Shown here: positions 61,802 to 64,000 of the stretch, piece by piece
Position numbering within the stretch: the stretch's first letter is position 1
How the letters are laid out: each line of letters opens with the position of its first letter
Virus record (IMG/VR): IMGVR_UViG_3300020186_000013
Span: 124,001-188,000 of that record
Strand: one strand, 5' to 3'
Length of the DNA stretch: 64,000 nt
The notes under the pieces: generated by a model
Told to the model about the DNA's origin: nothing
The model's database searches: none
What the model saw: the letters and a program-made list of their open reading frames with translations, nothing else
Program-made: the position numbers and the translations under genes

Positions 61802-63997
61802 TTAGGAGTGGCCCTCGCCCGTCAGACCCTGAGCGGCTTGACGGGCTTTGTTAGTCTGGTGATGGAGTTCATCGCGTGCGGGTGCTTGACCGCCAGTGAG
61901 CTTGTTCCAAGCGTCGGAGATGGCTCCGGGGTTCTGCTGGATGCGGGGATAAGCCGCCAAGCCCGCACCACCCGCCATTATCAGCGGGTTACCAGTCAGC
62001 ATCCCGAGCCCGCCGAGACCCATACCGCCCAACGCCATTCCCCGCTGCCCGCCCGTCATGTTCTCGGTGTCGTACCCCAGAGCTTTCAAGAACGGGTTAC
62101 CGACGTTACCCACCCGCTGGCCGATCTGGTACCGGATCTCCTGGGTCGGGTCGAACTGGCCCTCCTCGTTGAGGAAGCCACGCTCGTGCATGTACTTGTC
62201 CGCGTCCCGTGCTATGTTCGCCTGCAACGTCGGGTAGTCCTGCTCGATGAAGGTCTTCTTCAGGTCGTTGATCTTGTTGTCGACGTCGCCGGCGACCTGG
62301 TCATGCAGAGAACCATAGGCCGTTCCGCCCAAAGCAGCAGCCCCCGTCCCGAGCGTCAACCCCTGCCCCGCCCGGAAGCCGAGCTTCCTGGCCCCGGACA
62401 AACCGGCGGCACCGCTCTGGTATGCACCTTTGCCCCACAGGAAGTGCCCGGCACGACTAAACGGGTCCATGACGCCCTGACCCATCCGCGTCATCGCGTT
62501 CGACGGAGCCTCCAGGGCGGTCGTGACACCCCGACTCAGCATGCTAGGTTCCACGGGCGTCGTCCCCGCCGCTCGTGCCGCTGCGTTCGTCCGAACCAAA
62601 GACGAGTTGCGTGCAGCAGCGACGTTGCCCCCCAGGCCAGTCATCAAACCGGCTCGACTCAGGCGACGGCTCCACTTCTCAGGGTCGTTCGGGTCACCGT
62701 TACCTGTCATGTCGCCGAGCTGGTCCATGCCGAACCCGATATTGGTCCCGGCAAACGACTGAGCCAACGGACGCCACAGCGTCTGACCCGTCGCCGAGTT
62801 GCGGAATCCTCGGTTGCCCATCAACGCACCGCCGGCAATGCCCAGCGGATTGATCCTCCAACTTCGCCAGCCGCCCTCGGGTTGGCCAGTGGCCGGGTCA
62901 ATCCCCGGACTACCAAGGGTGAAACTACCCTCCCCGCCGCCCATCGCGTTGGCCGTCATGTTGCCTTGCAAGCCACCGAAGGTCATCTGCATGCCACTAC
63001 CGGACATGTTCGCCCGCGTTCGACCGGCGGCAGTCGCCGCACGGGGGAGCGTGGCAGCCTCGGTGATGTTGAGACCCGAGTTGTCTTTACCGTGTGTTGC
63101 CGGACGCGGAGACACGATCTTCGGACCCATACCCGGCGTCGGAGCACCCCGTGTGCCGGTCCGCATCAAGGGCTTGGTCGACGACGCACCAGGACGGACC
63201 AGTCCGCCCAGCCACTTCGCACCCGACACCAGGGTCTCCTTGCTGGGCCAGACGGCGTCCTTCTCGAACGCCTGCTTCTGCCCGAACATGCTGCCTAGGC
63301 CCTGGGCCATCTGCTGCCCGCCCATCATCGACCAACCCGACGGGGCGTACTGCGACGCCAGCTGCTGAGCCGACCCGGCAGCCTGCTCATTGGCCACCTC
63401 GGACGTTGCCTTCATCGACTTCGGACCGGTGATGGACATCGGCGGCGGGGCCAGCGACGCCGCCCCGGTATTCTTGTTGACGCTGACCTCACCCATCCCC
63501 TGCGGGTGTGTCGCCTGAGCCACCTGGGTCTTCTGACTCACCTGATTCTTGCCCGTCGGCAGCGTACCGGGGGACGGAGCGGTCGGTGCGGTCTTGGGCT
63601 TCTCCTGCTTGCCGCCCACCATCTTGTCGAAGCTGTCGAGGAACGCGAGCTTCTTGAGGCCGGCAGCAAGCTCAGCGTGCACCTGAAGGCCGTAGTTGGT
63701 CCCGACCCGGTCCACGGCGGACTTGATCTGCGACAGACCGAGGCCCTTCTGACGACAGTGGTCAAAGAACGACTCGGCGAACGGCGTCATGTCCATGCCG
63801 CCTTTGTCGAACCCAGGTAGTCGCGGCCCGGTGTACGGGACCGGAGGAACAGGTTGTTGCTGCCCGAAGTTGGCAGGCAGACGCGACCCGGTGTACGGGA
63901 CCGGAGGAACAGGTTGTTGCTGCCCGAAGTTGGCAGGCAGACGCGACCCGGTATACGCCGGCACAACGTGCTGTGGCACCGGCTTAGCCTGGGGCAT
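61802..63997 (-). CDS. Large Gly-rich virion-like protein (may start beyond the window)
   Basis: 731 aa, frame open to the window end; KKLAF and QKQAFEKDA motifs; glycine zippers. Confidence 0.7.
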   Translation of the reverse strand: MPQAKPVPQHVVPAYTGSRLPANFGQQQPVPPVPYTGSRLPANFGQQQPVPPVPYTGPRLPGFDKGGMDMTPFAESFFDHCRQKGLGLSQIKSAVDRVGTNYGLQVHAELAAGLKKLAFLDSFDKMVGGKQEKPKTAPTAPSPGTLPTGKNQVSQKTQVAQATHPQGMGEVSVNKNTGAASLAPPPMSITGPKSMKATSEVANEQAAGSAQQLASQYAPSGWSMMGGQQMAQGLGSMFGQKQAFEKDAVWPSKETLVSGAKWLGGLVRPGASSTKPLMRTGTRGAPTPGMGPKIVSPRPATHGKDNSGLNITEAATLPRAATAAGRTRANMSGSGMQMTFGGLQGNMTANAMGGGEGSFTLGSPGIDPATGQPEGGWRSWRINPLGIAGGALMGNRGFRNSATGQTLWRPLAQSFAGTNIGFGMDQLGDMTGNGDPNDPEKWSRRLSRAGLMTGLGGNVAAARNSSLVRTNAAARAAGTTPVEPSMLSRGVTTALEAPSNAMTRMGQGVMDPFSRAGHFLWGKGAYQSGAAGLSGARKLGFRAGQGLTLGTGAAALGGTAYGSLHDQVAGDVDNKINDLKKTFIEQDYPTLQANIARDADKYMHERGFLNEEGQFDPTQEIRYQIGQRVGNVGNPFLKALGYDTENMTGGQRGMALGGMGLGGLGMLTGNPLIMAGGAGLAAYPRIQQNPGAISDAWNKLTGGQAPARDELHHQTNKARQAAQGLTGEGHS
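63827..63957. repeat. 60-bp tandem repeat (2 copies plus partial), in frame (YTGSRLPANFGQQQPVPPVP)
   Basis: Lines 63841 and 63901 are identical for 52 nt. Confidence 0.9.
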
Positions 63998-64000
63998 CGG

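Noticed and set aside
64-63820. Many long plus-strand ORFs (e.g. 809-2230, 6515-7981, 16759-18726, 25963-27423, 33280-34860)
   Set aside because: Antisense shadows of GC3-rich minus-strand genes, with no motifs or RBS; only csrA is accepted on the plus strand.
1-64000. Genome-wide stop-codon reassignment
   Set aside because: Conserved genes are full length in the standard code, and TAG, TGA and TAA all end genes at sensible positions.

Overview
This window is a GC-rich, densely coded segment, almost entirely on the minus strand, that reads as part of a large tailed phage genome. A Planctomycetota host (Gemmataceae-like) is inferred from planctomycete-type small proteins. From left to right it holds: a head-morphogenesis and virion block (putative prohead protease, many Gly-rich proteins carrying a recurrent K-x-A motif); a phage multi-subunit RNA polymerase encoded in three pieces; class II ribonucleotide reductase; a NUDIX-kinase-HAD fusion; csrA (the only convincing plus-strand gene); a 2H phosphoesterase; an RMF-like protein; two tRNAs; pyrE; groES; an HNH nuclease; a long glycosyltransferase/methyltransferase/radical-SAM cluster; and tail-fibre-like genes. 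The main finding is a naturally split intein in the RNAP. The beta gene (18656-21772) ends in a 99-aa N-intein, and a separate gene (16507-18255) starts with a 41-aa C-intein followed by the missing beta C-terminus fused to the catalytic beta' N-half. Protein trans-splicing would assemble a ~1480-aa beta-beta' polypeptide. Other highlights: a candidate K-x-A maturation-cleavage code; loss of both beta' zinc sites; a promoter-flanked ~223-nt structured RNA near csrA with a candidate CsrA circuit; and a recurring 18-bp pseudo-palindrome. All calls are by-eye motif recognition; no searches were run.
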